Positions 62,431-64,000 of a stretch of DNA of 64,000 nucleotides are shown here, piece by piece. The notes under the pieces were generated by a model. The model had not been told where the DNA came from and did no database searches. It saw only the letters and a program-made list of their open reading frames with translations. Position 1 is the first letter of the stretch, and each line of letters starts with the position of its first letter. Origin of the DNA: Macrostomum lignano (lineage: Eukaryota); assembly GCA_002269645.1 (NCBI GenBank), contig NIVC01000807.1, forward strand, positions 124,001-188,000. The letters are read 5' to 3'. Position numbers and translations under genes: made by a program.

Positions 62431-63484
62431 CCTAATAGCCGATAAATATTTATGGCTAACTGACTACTTTTCAGTGCTACGTCTGTATCTGCCTGTTTAA
62501 CTGAAACTCTAACCAATAAAACAAACTTCTCAATCGTGAGTAGCAGTTGATGTCGCCCGCTTCCCTGCGGTCCACTTGCTACTATTTCATTGTGCATAAT
62601 TTAACGTGTGAATTTCGTGTTCCTCTTGTCCCCAAAATGATCTTTAGTAAAAAACTGAGAAAGACTAATGGAGTCCACAGGCAACTTTGCTATCATAAAT
62701 AATTTACAGGCTCCAGACACTGAAACTGACATTCTGACTTTGTCATTATCGCATCTTTTGTCAACTTAATGCTGTTTCTTGATGAAGTACTTCCTAAGCA
62801 TTTCCGAGAATACAACTGAGCATTCTCTTTCTTTTATTCTCTGCCTACAAGCTACGAGCGTAGTTTTACGTCAGCAACTTTGGCTGACCAGCAAGAGCAG
62901 TCTTGTCTGGGGTTCCTTCTGTTCTGACTCAAGTCCTGACCCAGAAACTGCATCCTGTTCTCAGTATGGATGGCCAACCCCCCCAGAGCTCGCTCCACCC
63001 GAGCTTATGAAATTATCCCCAAGTCCCAAGTCCAATCGCCTTTTTCAGTTGAGAGAATTTTAGCCTCGATAAAACCTAATTATGCTTGCGAGCTGGCTTG
63101 GTCCTGTCGGCTAATTAGAGAGAGAGGAGAGAGAGTTGTGCAGGACAGTCGCGGGCTCGAATCCTGAGTCCCTTTGGGATGGCCCATTGTCGTTCAATTT
63201 TAAAGCGACCTCCGTATGAGCGTACTGTGATGTGTCAAGCAAGGGGTTGCCAGCCATGCTGAATATTTTCTTGTCATTATCTCGATGGCTAATTTTCTTG
63301 GGACACGCCCTTCCGCATGCGAAAGTCAATCAACACTCTCGGGGAGGTTAATTGCTGATCGCTAATTGGTTCGACTGTCTCGGGTCATGTGGGCGGCGCG
63401 TTTGTTTCAGGGTTGACCAAATAATCGATTCTCGAAGTTTTTCTTGTGAGTTAGCTAATGTTCTGCTGATTAAGAATATGAGCT

Positions 63485-64000
63485 CAATGGGAATTGCTCA
63501 GATGGCCGATGACTCAAGAGAGGAATTGCTCAGATGGCCGATGACTCAAGAGAGGAATTGCTCAGATGGCCGATGACTCAAGAGAGGAATTGCTCAGATG
63601 GCCGATGACTCAAGAGAGGAATTGCTCAGATGGCCGATGACTCAGGAGGGAATTGCTCAGATGGCCGATGACTCAGGAGAGGAATTGCTCAGATGGCCGA
63701 TGAATCAGGAGGGGAATTGCTCAGATGGCCGATGACTCAAGAGAGGAATTGCTCAGATGGCCGATGAATCAGGAGGGGAATTGCTCAGATGACCTATGAC
63801 TCAAGAGGGGAATTGCTCAGATGGCTGATGACTCAAGAGGGGAATTGCTCAGATAACTTGATGACTCAGGAAGGGAATTGCTCAGATGACCTATGACTCA
63901 AGAGGGGAATTGCTCAGATGACCTATGGCTCAAGAGGGGAATTGCTCAAATGGCCAATGACTCAAAAGGGGAATTACTCAGATGACCAATGACTGAAGAA
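63485..64000. repeat. 32-bp minisatellite (GAGGAATTGCTCAGATGGCCGATGACTCAAGA), runs off the window
   Basis: Tandem units visible. Confidence 0.95.

Overview
Eukaryotic (animal) genomic DNA with spliceosomal introns, GC-rich exons and many intron-filling minisatellites. It is probably from a free-living flatworm such as Macrostomum; that assignment is inferred from sequence style only. Host genes, left to right: the 5' part of a cytosolic carboxypeptidase CCP1/AGTPBP1 gene (minus, runs off the left edge); an intronless 118-aa secreted prepropeptide with an unrecognised 8-Cys mature peptide; a two-exon lipoyl synthase (LIAS); and a complete 10-exon, ~1017-aa class C GPCR of the mXr/mangetout (non-glutamate mGluR-like) type spanning 27802-53503, with an antisense single-TM ORF nested in intron 1. 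Mobile DNA: an apparently full-length 10.3-kb CMC/EnSpm transposon (CCCAGTGG ends, AT TSD) with an intact transposase and a divergent 6-exon ORF2; a tRNA-derived SINE family, including one full copy with TSD whose empty site is also in the window; an internally deleted Tc1-like element; a 3'-truncated Gypsy element; RTE-like fragments; and several MITEs. Exon coordinates were read by hand from splice signals and reading phase.
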